This document shows positions 1 to 8,442 of a stretch of DNA of 64,000 bases, one piece after another. The notes below the pieces were generated by a model that saw only the letters and a list, made by a program, of their open reading frames with translations, made no database searches and was not told the DNA's origin. Where the stretch lies: NCBI GenBank assembly GCA_020723105.1, contig DYJL01000015.1, positions 2,029 to 66,028 of the forward strand, given 5' to 3'. Each line of letters opens with the position of its first letter. Within the stretch, counting starts at the first letter, position 1. The position numbers and the translations under genes are program-made. This DNA comes from Nitrospira japonica (GTDB taxonomy: Bacteria > Nitrospirota > Thermodesulfovibrionia > UBA6902).

Positions 1-1
1 A

Positions 2-793
2 CCTTTTATCAGCCTGCTGACACAGGGAATGGTCATCAAGGACGGCGCTAAAATGTCAAAATCAAAAGGCAATGTTGTAGACCCTGATTTTTTGATTGAT
101 AAATACGGCACTGATACTGTGAGAGTTTTCTGCATGTTTGCTGCGCCACCTGAAAGAGACCTTGAATGGTCGGATCAGGGAGTGGAAGGTGCATACAGAT
201 TCTTAAACAGAATATGGGGACTGGTGTACAAGAACAGTGACAAGTTACAAGTTACAAACAACGAGTTAAGGGATAATAAAGTTCCATCACTTGTCACGGA
301 TCACTTATCACCGTTGTTACGGAAAACTCATCAAACGATAAAAAAAGTCACCGGAAGCATTGAACGTGATTATCACTTCAACACGGCTATTGCAGCTCTG
401 ATGGAACTTGTTAATGAAATTACAGCATTCACTCCTGAAAACAATAATGACAGGGAAACTTTAAAATTCGTCATACGTCAGATGCTGCTGCTTCTTTCTC
501 CTTTTGCGCCTCATGTTGCTGAGGAACTTTGGGCACAACTTGGTGAAAAAGAAAATATTCTGAAGAAACCCTGGCCTGTATGGGATGAAGAGATTGCAAA
601 GGAAGAAGAGATTGAACTTGTAATCCAGATAAACGGAAAGCTGAGGGGAAAGATAATGATACCTGCAGGGCTTGATGATGAAAGCGTAAAAGAAAAGGCT
701 TTTTCTGATGCAAAAATCCAGGAGCATATCAAAGGCAAGACGTTGAAAAAAGTTGTGGTTATCAGAGGAAAACTTGTGAACATAGTTATATGA
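2..793 (+). CDS. leuS: leucyl-tRNA synthetase, C-terminal part (5' end outside window)
   Basis: Frame is open to the window edge. PFISLLTQGMVIKDGAKMSKSKGN carries the class I KMSKS signature. The rest resembles the LeuS anticodon-binding/C-terminal domain. The leuS-lptE-holA order is conserved. Confidence 0.95.
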   Translation, partial: PFISLLTQGMVIKDGAKMSKSKGNVVDPDFLIDKYGTDTVRVFCMFAAPPERDLEWSDQGVEGAYRFLNRIWGLVYKNSDKLQVTNNELRDNKVPSLVTDHLSPLLRKTHQTIKKVTGSIERDYHFNTAIAALMELVNEITAFTPENNNDRETLKFVIRQMLLLLSPFAPHVAEELWAQLGEKENILKKPWPVWDEEIAKEEEIELVIQINGKLRGKIMIPAGLDDESVKEKAFSDAKIQEHIKGKTLKKVVVIRGKLVNIVI

Positions 794-845
794 AATTCAG
801 AATGAAAAATTCAAAATTCAAAATTATTAGTAAGTTCATATGGTT

Positions 846-930
846 GTCATTCCCGCTTGTCGGGTCACCTCAGGCGACTCGCCGAGGCGAGAATCCTTCC
901 TTAAAAGGATTGCGGACAAGCCGCAATGAC
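846..930. repeat. MITE-like element of the GTCATT...AATGAC family (copy R1)
   Basis: Termini are gtcattcccgcttgtcggg / ccgcaatgac-type inverted ends. The 35-nt core gggtcacctcaggcgactcgccgaggcgagaatcc (862-896) is the exact reverse complement of 53458-53492. Confidence 0.7.
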
Positions 931-1455
931 AGAAATGGGCGCAATTTCACTTATGGTTTCCATATCCCTCTGCTTACCGCTTACTGCTTACTGCTTACTC
1001 TCTTTGGATGCGGCTATCACCTGATCGGTTCAAAACTCGTGCCTTTTAATTCAGTGACCATCAAGCAGGTTCAGAATAATACATATGAGCCCGGACTCGA
1101 AGAAAGGCTGCATAATGCCCTCTCCAGAGAGTTTATCAATCAGGGAATCGAAATCAGAAATGCGGGTGGTGACGTTGAGATTGAAGCAACGGTTAAAGGT
1201 TTCGAACTGGGCGCTATCGGAGCGGTTGACGAGAAAATCAAAGAGCAGTCCATAATAATGAAGGTTAATATTAAACTTGCGGATCAGGGAAAAATCACAG
1301 AATTCAAGACCATGGAGTCCCCCATAAAAATCACCTTTCCGTCTACCGGCACCGTCACTGAAAGCGTTGCTCATAAGGAAAGAGCCATGGATAAGGCATG
1401 CAGTGAAATTGCAACAGAAATAGTCAGCAGGATTGTTCTGATATATGCTAAATAA
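910..1455 (+). CDS. lptE: LptE-like LPS-assembly lipoprotein (start uncertain)
   Basis: Sits between leuS and holA. Lipobox LTLFGC is followed by a ~170-aa mature part. An in-frame TTG at 910 gives an R-rich n-region, hydrophobic core and lipobox. The ATG at 790 would add repeat-derived codons. Confidence 0.6.
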   Translation: MRTSRNDRNGRNFTYGFHIPLLTAYCLLLTLFGCGYHLIGSKLVPFNSVTIKQVQNNTYEPGLEERLHNALSREFINQGIEIRNAGGDVEIEATVKGFELGAIGAVDEKIKEQSIIMKVNIKLADQGKITEFKTMESPIKITFPSTGTVTESVAHKERAMDKACSEIATEIVSRIVLIYAK

Positions 1456-2410
1456 AGCGCTTCTGAAAGAATTCGAAAAGGGGCTTCCTGATCTTCTTTA
1501 TTATTTCTGGAGCGGGGAAGACTATTTTCTGGAGGAGGCCCATTCAAAATTTATTGATATTATCATTAATTCTGCGCCGAAGGATTTTAATTATGATGTC
1601 TTCTATCCATCCTCGCCCCCCCAGGAAATTTTAAATGCCGCAGCCACCCTCCCTCTTATGACGCAGAGGCGTTTAGTGGCCCTTAAGGATTTTCATCTTT
1701 TCCCTGCCCCAATTGTTAAAGCGTTAACACCATATTTTAAAAATCCTGCAGAAACAACATGCATGTTAATCCTTTCTCAAAAAGCTCCTGCATCAGCCCT
1801 GAATTTTAATTGGAAAGTTTATCCTCTGAATATAAATGAGAGAGATATCCCGGCATGGATAAAACAGGCGTCTGCAAAAAAAGGAGTAAAGCTGACCGAA
1901 GATGCCATCAATTATCTGATTGAATATGTCGGATATGAGATAGGCCCCCTGATGATGGAGATAGAAAAGTTGTCTTCCTTGGGAAACAAGACCCTCACCG
2001 GCAAAGATATTGTCAATTCAACCAGCGCAATGCGGGAATACACAACTTTTGATCTTGTTGATTCTCTGGTCTCAGGGCAAAGCTCCAGAGCTTTCAGAAT
2101 TTTAAAGACCCTGTTTTCCGGCAGAAGCGACGAAGGCCCTGTGATTATCGGGACCCTGAACTGGCATTATAAACAATTCTATTCTCTCTGGGTAAATAAA
2201 GGCAGACGACCCGTCAGGATGCGTGAAAAAACCTACCAGGCCCTTGTAAAATATATCCCTTCTTTCAAAGAAGAAGATTTCTGCCGTATTTTCCAGAGCC
2301 TGCATGAAGCAGATTTAGGAGTAAAATCATCGGGGAGGCCGGAGCTTATTCTTGAGATCCTGCTTATCAGGCTGCTACAGAAGGAGTCATGGAATTCACA
2401 AGCCTTGTAA
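1445..2410 (+). CDS. holA: DNA polymerase III delta subunit
   Basis: 321 aa with similarity to the delta subunit family. Conserved position downstream of leuS-lptE. Its start overlaps the lptE stop. Confidence 0.8.
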   Translation: MLNKALLKEFEKGLPDLLYYFWSGEDYFLEEAHSKFIDIIINSAPKDFNYDVFYPSSPPQEILNAAATLPLMTQRRLVALKDFHLFPAPIVKALTPYFKNPAETTCMLILSQKAPASALNFNWKVYPLNINERDIPAWIKQASAKKGVKLTEDAINYLIEYVGYEIGPLMMEIEKLSSLGNKTLTGKDIVNSTSAMREYTTFDLVDSLVSGQSSRAFRILKTLFSGRSDEGPVIIGTLNWHYKQFYSLWVNKGRRPVRMREKTYQALVKYIPSFKEEDFCRIFQSLHEADLGVKSSGRPELILEILLIRLLQKESWNSQAL

Positions 2411-2663
2411 GACGTGAAATATTCCTGGATGCAGTATTTCTGTGGATTATACCCTTCCGGGCTGCCTTATCTATTTCTGAAACAGCTTTTTTCAAAGCTG
2501 TCTGAGCGCCCTCTGTGTTTTTGTCTGAAACTTCTTTTTCAACATTTTTTGAGAGGGTTTTTAGAGCATTCTTTACAGCTCTGTTTGTAAGCGTCCTTAC
2601 TTTTGTCTGTCGCGCCCTTTTAAGGACCGATTTACTTCTCTTGGGTGCTGCTTTTGCTGGCAA
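2367..2663 (-). CDS. rpsT: 30S ribosomal protein S20
   Basis: PAKAAPKRSKSVLKRARQTKVRTLTNRAVKNALKT is typical of S20. TTG start is preceded by AAGGAGGG. Divergent from murJ, as in many bacteria. Confidence 0.93.
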   Translation of the reverse strand: MPAKAAPKRSKSVLKRARQTKVRTLTNRAVKNALKTLSKNVEKEVSDKNTEGAQTALKKAVSEIDKAARKGIIHRNTASRNISRLTRLVNSMTPSVAA

Positions 2664-2838
2664 TGTACCGCCCTCCTTATATTCGGAAAATTGAAAATTA
2701 TTTCTGTAAAAATGTTATATTTTTTAACATTAACAGTATGTTAAAGTCAACCTGAGGCTAATGCAAAGGTTGCAGACATGGAAGGCTGTGGAAAAATTTC
2801 TATACGACACCTTTGAAAAGGGATTAGGGGATAGGGTG

Positions 2839-2911
2839 TAGGGGGTAGAAATAAAAAACGGTTTAAGCGGTTTAAACAGCTTAATCGGCTTAAGCCGATT
2901 TTTAAAAAAAT
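2839..2911. repeat. short intergenic repeat (tagggggta...gtttaaacagcttaagccgat.tttaaaaaa), copy 1 with an internal duplication
   Basis: Shares the ordered blocks tagggggta / aaaaac / gtttaaacagcttaa / gccgat / tttaaaaaa with 59843-59890. Confidence 0.6.
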
Positions 2912-2993
2912 GTCGATTATAGAAATTCTGAAACAGGCTGCTATGTCTGATCTGCAGAAAAATTCATGAACAATCTGGACTGATTGAAAATTT

Positions 2994-4550
2994 ATGGATG
3001 AAAAAAAGAACATAACAAAAGCTGCCGGACTGATGTCTGTAGCCACCCTTATCAGCCGCATCCTCGGCTATATAAAGGATATGATCTTGGCTGTTTTCTT
3101 TGGCGCTTCCGGTCTTTCAGATACATTCTTTGTTGCATTCAGGATACCGAATCTTCTGAGAGAGCTTTTTGCAGAAGGTTCAATGTCTTCCGCATTCATT
3201 CCGGTCCTGACAGAATATCAGACAAAACATGGAGCAGAAGAGGCTGAAAGGCTTGTCAGAATCGCATTTACATTCATACTTGTTCTGGTCGGTGCAATCT
3301 GCATTGCAGGTATCGTCTTTGCGCCGGCAATAGTAGCTGCAATTGCACCGGGGTTTCTGCAGACGCCGGAAAAATTTTCATTGACAGTTCTGCTCACCCG
3401 GGTAATGTTCCCCTTTCTTCTGTTTGTAAGTCTTGCAGCGCTCGCTATGGGGGCTTTAAATGTGAAAAGAATATTTTTTGTACCTGCCCTTGCACCAGCA
3501 GTTCTCAACATTGTTACCATTGCTACGGTGCTTCTCTGGGCCCCGAGGATGGGCCAGCCGATCCTTGCAGTTGCCATTGGCGTGGCTCTGGGTGGTTTCG
3601 TGCAATTTGCATTTCAGGTCCCTTCTCTCTTTAATAACGGATATTCCCTGAAACCGGCATATGATTTCAGCCACCCAGGATTAAGGAAAATGTCTTTACT
3701 TCTTCTGCCTGCTACGATGGGGATGGCTGTTGCACAGATAAATATTTTCATCAGCACAATACTCGCATCTTATCTGCCGGAGGGAAGCATCACATATCTT
3801 TATTACTCCATGAGGCTGATACAGTTTCCCATAGGCATATTCGGCGTTGCAATGGGCATGGCAATTCTCCCAACCCTCTCCGCACATGCTGCAAAAGGAG
3901 AGCTTGAAAGTTTGAGGAGTGATTTTTCATTCGCCTTAAGGATGCTTTTTTTTCTGACCATTCCGGCTATGGCAGGGCTTATTGCATTAAGGCAACCCAT
4001 AGTGAATATCCTTTTTCAGAGAGGCAAATTTGAATATGCCGCAACAGTCGGCACAGCAGAGGCTCTCCTGTTTTATTCCCTCGGAATCTGGGCCATCGTC
4101 GGCGTACGGATTGTTACAGCAAGTTTTTATTCCATGCAGGACACAAAAACGCCGGTGAAAGTTGCAATTGTTGCATTGATTACGAACATCATCCTGAGCC
4201 TCGTATTAATGAAACCCTTGAAGCACAGCGGGCTTGCACTGGCCCATGCTGTTGCTTCATCAGTAAATTTCATTATCCTTTTTCTCATGTTGAGAAAAAA
4301 ACTTGAGAGGATTGAAGGACGCAAGATTGTCATGTCTTTTTTAAAAATATCTCTTGCTTCTGTCGTTACCGGTCTGACAAGCTGGCTGCTGGTCCGGGGA
4401 GAATTATGGATGCAGGGCGGACGTCTTGCTGAAAAAACAGGTATCATAACGGGGGTAATCGCACTTTACCTTGCAGCATATATCTTAATTATGTATCTGC
4501 TGAAAAGCGAAGAATTGAACTATCTGTTGAAGATGAGAAAAAGGAGGTAA
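2994..4550 (+). CDS. murJ: lipid II flippase MurJ (MviN)
   Basis: 518-aa polytopic membrane protein. N-terminal AAGLMSVATLISRILGYIKDMILAVFFGASGLSDTFFVAFRIPNLLRELFAEGSMSSAFIPV is a typical MurJ signature region. Confidence 0.9.
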   Translation: MDEKKNITKAAGLMSVATLISRILGYIKDMILAVFFGASGLSDTFFVAFRIPNLLRELFAEGSMSSAFIPVLTEYQTKHGAEEAERLVRIAFTFILVLVGAICIAGIVFAPAIVAAIAPGFLQTPEKFSLTVLLTRVMFPFLLFVSLAALAMGALNVKRIFFVPALAPAVLNIVTIATVLLWAPRMGQPILAVAIGVALGGFVQFAFQVPSLFNNGYSLKPAYDFSHPGLRKMSLLLLPATMGMAVAQINIFISTILASYLPEGSITYLYYSMRLIQFPIGIFGVAMGMAILPTLSAHAAKGELESLRSDFSFALRMLFFLTIPAMAGLIALRQPIVNILFQRGKFEYAATVGTAEALLFYSLGIWAIVGVRIVTASFYSMQDTKTPVKVAIVALITNIILSLVLMKPLKHSGLALAHAVASSVNFIILFLMLRKKLERIEGRKIVMSFLKISLASVVTGLTSWLLVRGELWMQGGRLAEKTGIITGVIALYLAAYILIMYLLKSEELNYLLKMRKRR

Positions 4551-4552
4551 TT

Positions 4553-5755
4553 ATGCGGAATATCTTTATCTGCATTCTGCTTCTATCTATAGCTGTTCTT
4601 CCATATCCGGTATCCGCAAAAAAAGCTGCAACAATTGACGAACTGGTGGAAATGTACAATATCAAACCCTGTGCAGGATGCCACGCGGACAAGTATGAAG
4701 ACTGGAAGACCTCCACCATGGGCAATTCAATTATCGATCCAAGGGTCCTTTTGGGAATGAGAACATTTATACGGCTGGCTCTTGACGAAGAAAAGTCCAT
4801 GAAAAGGGAAGATATTACGATTTGCTTAAACTGTCATATCCCGCAGATAAAAGACGCAGCTCCGGAACTCATCTTACATATCGGCGACCTTATATTAACT
4901 GCAGTGGAAAACGACAATGAACTTAAGAGAGAAGCTGCGAAAAAAGAGCTTTCAAAGCTCAATCTCAACTGCCTCGGCTGCCACAATCTAAAGGCCACAG
5001 GATTTAATGCGGCCCCGAAAGAAAAAGTTATCTACGGTCCGCGAAGCATGGAGAACAACCCGCATGCAGGCTTTGGTTTTCAGACAGAAAAATCTGCTCT
5101 GCTGTCAACTTCTGAGTTCTGCGCTCAATGTCATCATTGCCCCCCGGACGTCCCGTGGAAAGACTGTCCCACGCTCTACACTACGTATATCGAAAATTTT
5201 ATTCAAAAGGGACGCAAAGAGACCTGTCAGAATTGTCATATGATGGGAGAAGCAAGAATTCATACGTTCGCCGGTCCCGGCAATATTGATTTTCTCAAGT
5301 CGTCGCTCAGCCTTAATGTAGCAGCAAGGCCCACGAGGTATATAGATATTTATGAAAACAGGAAGATGCCGGCCTTGGTGCTGGAAATCGAACTGAAAAA
5401 CAATGCCGGGCATGTGATCCCGCATGGTTGTGCAATTATGCCGAGAATAATAATGGAACTATCTGTAAGAGATCAGGAAGGCCGGGAAATCCTTTCCAGA
5501 CAAAAAGAGTTCTCAGTTAACGATCTCTATTTTAAAGGCGGCAAGCAGGTGGTGATGGCAGAATGGGATGTGACAGCTACAGAACATTTTAATTTAGGCA
5601 TCAACCCGGATAAACCTGACACCAGCACCTTTATCATTCCCCTTGAAAAGGACATAAAATCTGTGAATGTTGAAGTGAATGTAAAATATACATATTCCCG
5701 TGACAGGATATTTACTATTGGAAAAACCGTTCAGAAGGTTGAGATAGAAAAATAG
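4553..5755 (+). CDS. secreted pentahaem c-type cytochrome
   Basis: Has an N-terminal signal peptide. Five CXXCH motifs: CAGCH, CLNCH, CLGCH, CAQCH, CQNCH. AGGAGG lies 7 nt upstream. The start is 3 nt after the murJ stop. Confidence 0.8.
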   Translation: MRNIFICILLLSIAVLPYPVSAKKAATIDELVEMYNIKPCAGCHADKYEDWKTSTMGNSIIDPRVLLGMRTFIRLALDEEKSMKREDITICLNCHIPQIKDAAPELILHIGDLILTAVENDNELKREAAKKELSKLNLNCLGCHNLKATGFNAAPKEKVIYGPRSMENNPHAGFGFQTEKSALLSTSEFCAQCHHCPPDVPWKDCPTLYTTYIENFIQKGRKETCQNCHMMGEARIHTFAGPGNIDFLKSSLSLNVAARPTRYIDIYENRKMPALVLEIELKNNAGHVIPHGCAIMPRIIMELSVRDQEGREILSRQKEFSVNDLYFKGGKQVVMAEWDVTATEHFNLGINPDKPDTSTFIIPLEKDIKSVNVEVNVKYTYSRDRIFTIGKTVQKVEIEK

Positions 5756-5766
5756 AGGTTTGAAGA

Positions 5767-6987
5767 TCAGAGCCGGGCCGTCTGCTTCTCAGTTGCAATG
5801 ACGGTAATCCCTGATGGGTCCAGGTGAGCGCGCCAGTAAGGTTTTTTGACGTCGTGTCCTATATGGACATTTTCTTCAATGACGTTGTAGGCGTCAATTA
5901 CTACCTTGTTTAAATTACACCCTTTTTTCAGGACAACATAATCCATGATTATCGAGTCCCGAACTTCAACGTCCTCTTCAATGACGACGCCCCGGCGGAT
6001 GACAGAATTGATTATCTTTGACTTGTTTATGACTGTTCCCTCTGCAATTATGCTGTTGATTATTTCTCCGCCCAATATCTTCATGGCCGGCAGTTCATTT
6101 CTTGACGGACGGATAGGCCACAGCTCATTCTTTATCTCAAACAGCGGCTTTTCTCTAAGCATGTCCTGGTGTGCATCCCAGAATGCCTTTATGGTCCCAA
6201 CATCCCTCCAGTAACCCAGTTCTTCATAAGGCTTGGACCCCGGGATAATGTTTGTTTCAAAATCATACGCAAACAGCTTTTTTCCGGCATTCAGCAGGTT
6301 TGGAATTACATGTTTACCGAAATCATACTCTTTATTCCGCTCCGCCTGTATAAGCGCCTGTATCAGGCTGTCCGTATTGAAAATATAATTACCCATGGAA
6401 CAATAGGCCTTGTTTGGATCCTTAGGCATAGGCGGCGGATTTTTTGGTTTCTCTACGAAACTCTTTATACTGCCGTCATCCCCTGCATCAATAATGCCGT
6501 AAAGACTGGCCTCACAGATAGGAATGGGCCTTGCAGCCACTGTAACCTGCGCATTGCGTTCCAGATGAAAATCTATCATCTGCCGTATATCCATACGGTA
6601 TATATGATCTGCCCCAAACACAATTACAAGCTCCGGGTTATGCTGGCGTATGAGATTGAGATTCTGAAATACCGCATTGGCCGTCCCCTGAAACCAGTCA
6701 GGGCCATATCTCATCTGCGGCGGAACAACTGTAACAAAATGGTCGCTCATTACAGATGAAAGCCCCCAGTTTTCCCTAACATATTCGATAAGAGACTGAG
6801 ACTTGTACTGTACAAGCAGATAAATGGAGAATATCTGGGAGTTGATCAGATTGCTCAGAACGAAATCAATGATGCGGTAACGTCCGCCAAACGGTACAGC
6901 GGGCTTGGAACGCTCAAAGGTAAGAGGGAAAAGCCTTTCTCCCCTTCCACCAGCCATAATCATTGCAAGAGTCTTTGGATAAGCCAT
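5767..6987 (-). CDS. glgC: glucose-1-phosphate adenylyltransferase
   Basis: N-terminal AMIMAGGRGERLFPLTFERSKPAVPFGGRYRIIDFVLSNLINS is the GlgC signature. C-terminal region is left-handed beta-helix-like. Confidence 0.9.
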   Translation of the reverse strand: MAYPKTLAMIMAGGRGERLFPLTFERSKPAVPFGGRYRIIDFVLSNLINSQIFSIYLLVQYKSQSLIEYVRENWGLSSVMSDHFVTVVPPQMRYGPDWFQGTANAVFQNLNLIRQHNPELVIVFGADHIYRMDIRQMIDFHLERNAQVTVAARPIPICEASLYGIIDAGDDGSIKSFVEKPKNPPPMPKDPNKAYCSMGNYIFNTDSLIQALIQAERNKEYDFGKHVIPNLLNAGKKLFAYDFETNIIPGSKPYEELGYWRDVGTIKAFWDAHQDMLREKPLFEIKNELWPIRPSRNELPAMKILGGEIINSIIAEGTVINKSKIINSVIRRGVVIEEDVEVRDSIIMDYVVLKKGCNLNKVVIDAYNVIEENVHIGHDVKKPYWRAHLDPSGITVIATEKQTARL

Positions 6988-7044
6988 AAGCTTCTAACAG
7001 GTTGAAAAGTATTTTAGCTGTCTTTGCGAGCAGGTCCCTCGCTT

Positions 7045-7166
7045 GTCATTGCGAGCAAAGCGAAGCAATCTTTCTTTACCGCTCGGGATAAACTCCGTAA
7101 ACTCACTTCTTTATAAAGCAATAAGTTTGAGATTGCTTCGTCGCAAAATACGCTCCTCGCAATGAC
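7045..7166. repeat. MITE-like element (copy R2)
   Basis: gtcattgcgagcaaagcgaagcaatct at the left end. Its imperfect reverse complement agattgcttcgtcgcaaaatacgctcctcgcaatgac is at the right end. Confidence 0.65.
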
Positions 7167-7291
7167 AATTACAGACTTTTTCAGCAGACTGCTAATTAAT
7201 TAAAATAAATTTTCTGGTGTAATACAGATGATTAAAATAAACAAAAGGGCTATAAAATTGCAATTGCCTTCATACAAAATTTATCCAACCC

Positions 7292-7320
7292 TTGAAAAAT
7301 CTCAGTGTAATTGCTAAATT
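7292..7320 (+). promoter_or_regulatory. candidate sigma-70 promoter of the pheA operon
   Basis: TTGAAA-17 nt-TAAATT, 37 nt upstream of the pheA ATG. Confidence 0.35.
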
Positions 7321-7356
7321 ATGCTTCAATATTAAATTATTTTCAGAACCTATATT

Positions 7357-8424
7357 ATGTCCGACCTCAATGAACTGAGAAAGAAAATTGACGATATTGA
7401 CCTGCGCATACTTGAACTTCTGAACAAGAGGGCAGAGATTGCTATTGAAATCGGGAAAGCCAAACAGGACAAAAAGTTAAGTATACATTCGCCGGAAAGA
7501 GAGAAGGAAATTCTCAAAAGGCTTACAGAAAACAACCCAGGGCCTTTTCCCAATAACGTCCTTAAATTAATCTACGAAGAAATCCTTTCAGCATCACTCT
7601 CTTTACAGCAGCCTTTGAAGGTTGCATATCTGGGGCCTTCCGCAACCTTTACTCACCTTGCAGCCAGCAGAAAGTTCGGCTCCTCTGCAGAATACATATC
7701 TGAAAGCACCATAAAAGGAGTTTTTGAAGCTGTCACAAGGGGGAAAACACTGTACGGCGTCGTGCCTATCGAAAATTCAACAGAAGGAATTGTCAATTCC
7801 ACTCTCGATATGTTTATTGATTCTGATCTGAAGATCGCCTTTGAGATAATGTTTGAGGTAAGACACAATCTTCTTTCAAAAACAGGTAATCGGGAAGATG
7901 TCAGGAAAATCTACTCACACCCACAGGCCCGGGCACAATGCCGGGATTGGCTGGAAAAGAATTTTCCGGGGATACCAGTTATGGAAGAGATGAGCACCGC
8001 TGCAGCAGCCAGGCGTGTTTCGGAAGATCCTAATGCCGCCGCTGTAGCAAGCGAGCTTGCCGCTTCTGTTTACGACCTTCAGTTTATTGAGAAAGATATC
8101 GAGGACCTTAAAAATAATTTCACCCGCTTTCTGGTAATTGCAAAAGAGTCCCCGCCCAAAACGGGAAAAGATAAAACATCAGTCATGATGACAATAAAAG
8201 ATTCGCCGGGCGCTTTATTTTTAATTCTGCGGCCCTTTGCAAAGCACAAGCTCAACCTCACCAAGATCGAATCGAGACCGTCCAGGAGAAAGGCCTGGGA
8301 ATACGTATTCTTTATTGACATGGAAGGGCACATAGAAGACAGAGGAGTTAAGAAGGCGCTTAATGACGTAAAAAAGGAATGCCTCTATCTGAAAGTATTA
8401 GGCTCCTACCCGTCCGCGGAATAG
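7357..8424 (+). CDS. pheA: bifunctional chorismate mutase / prephenate dehydratase (P-protein)
   Basis: N-terminal CM type 2 helix (LRKKIDDIDLRILELLNKRAEIA), a PDT domain and a C-terminal ACT domain (ESRPS motif). Confidence 0.9.
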   Translation: MSDLNELRKKIDDIDLRILELLNKRAEIAIEIGKAKQDKKLSIHSPEREKEILKRLTENNPGPFPNNVLKLIYEEILSASLSLQQPLKVAYLGPSATFTHLAASRKFGSSAEYISESTIKGVFEAVTRGKTLYGVVPIENSTEGIVNSTLDMFIDSDLKIAFEIMFEVRHNLLSKTGNREDVRKIYSHPQARAQCRDWLEKNFPGIPVMEEMSTAAAARRVSEDPNAAAVASELAASVYDLQFIEKDIEDLKNNFTRFLVIAKESPPKTGKDKTSVMMTIKDSPGALFLILRPFAKHKLNLTKIESRPSRRKAWEYVFFIDMEGHIEDRGVKKALNDVKKECLYLKVLGSYPSAE

Positions 8425-8442
8425 AAAACTAACAACTTTCTT

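Noticed and set aside
235-330. Repeat-like DNA in leuS (acaagttacaagttacaaac..., tcacttgtcacggatcacttatcacc) that looked like an in-frame repeat insertion
   Set aside because: Compared with the E. coli LeuS sequence as I recall it, the variable linker before the L.R..H.TIKKVT block is only ~6 residues longer. That is within normal variation, so no insertion can be claimed.
790-909. N-terminal 40 codons of the 790-1455 ORF, with an ATG overlapping the leuS stop
   Set aside because: About half of these 40 codons lie in the MITE copy at 846-930. They would place 68 residues before the lipobox Cys, and the resulting sequence has no signal-peptide character. They are treated as non-coding or ancestral remnant.
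2367-2410. 44-nt convergent overlap of the holA and rpsT 3' ends
   Set aside because: Both reading frames are well supported. The overlap may simply reflect a slightly mis-extended holA C-terminus, and nothing further can be inferred from sequence alone.
6169-6759. Long antisense ORFs inside well-supported genes. Examples: 6169-6759 in glgC, 11939-12511 in aroA, 34845-35396 in hsdM, 39145-39642 in metG, 44593-45075 in the carboxypeptidase gene, 55162-55767 in the sigma-54 activator.
   Set aside because: These are shadow frames opposite strongly recognisable proteins. They have low-complexity composition, no family resemblance and no RBS.
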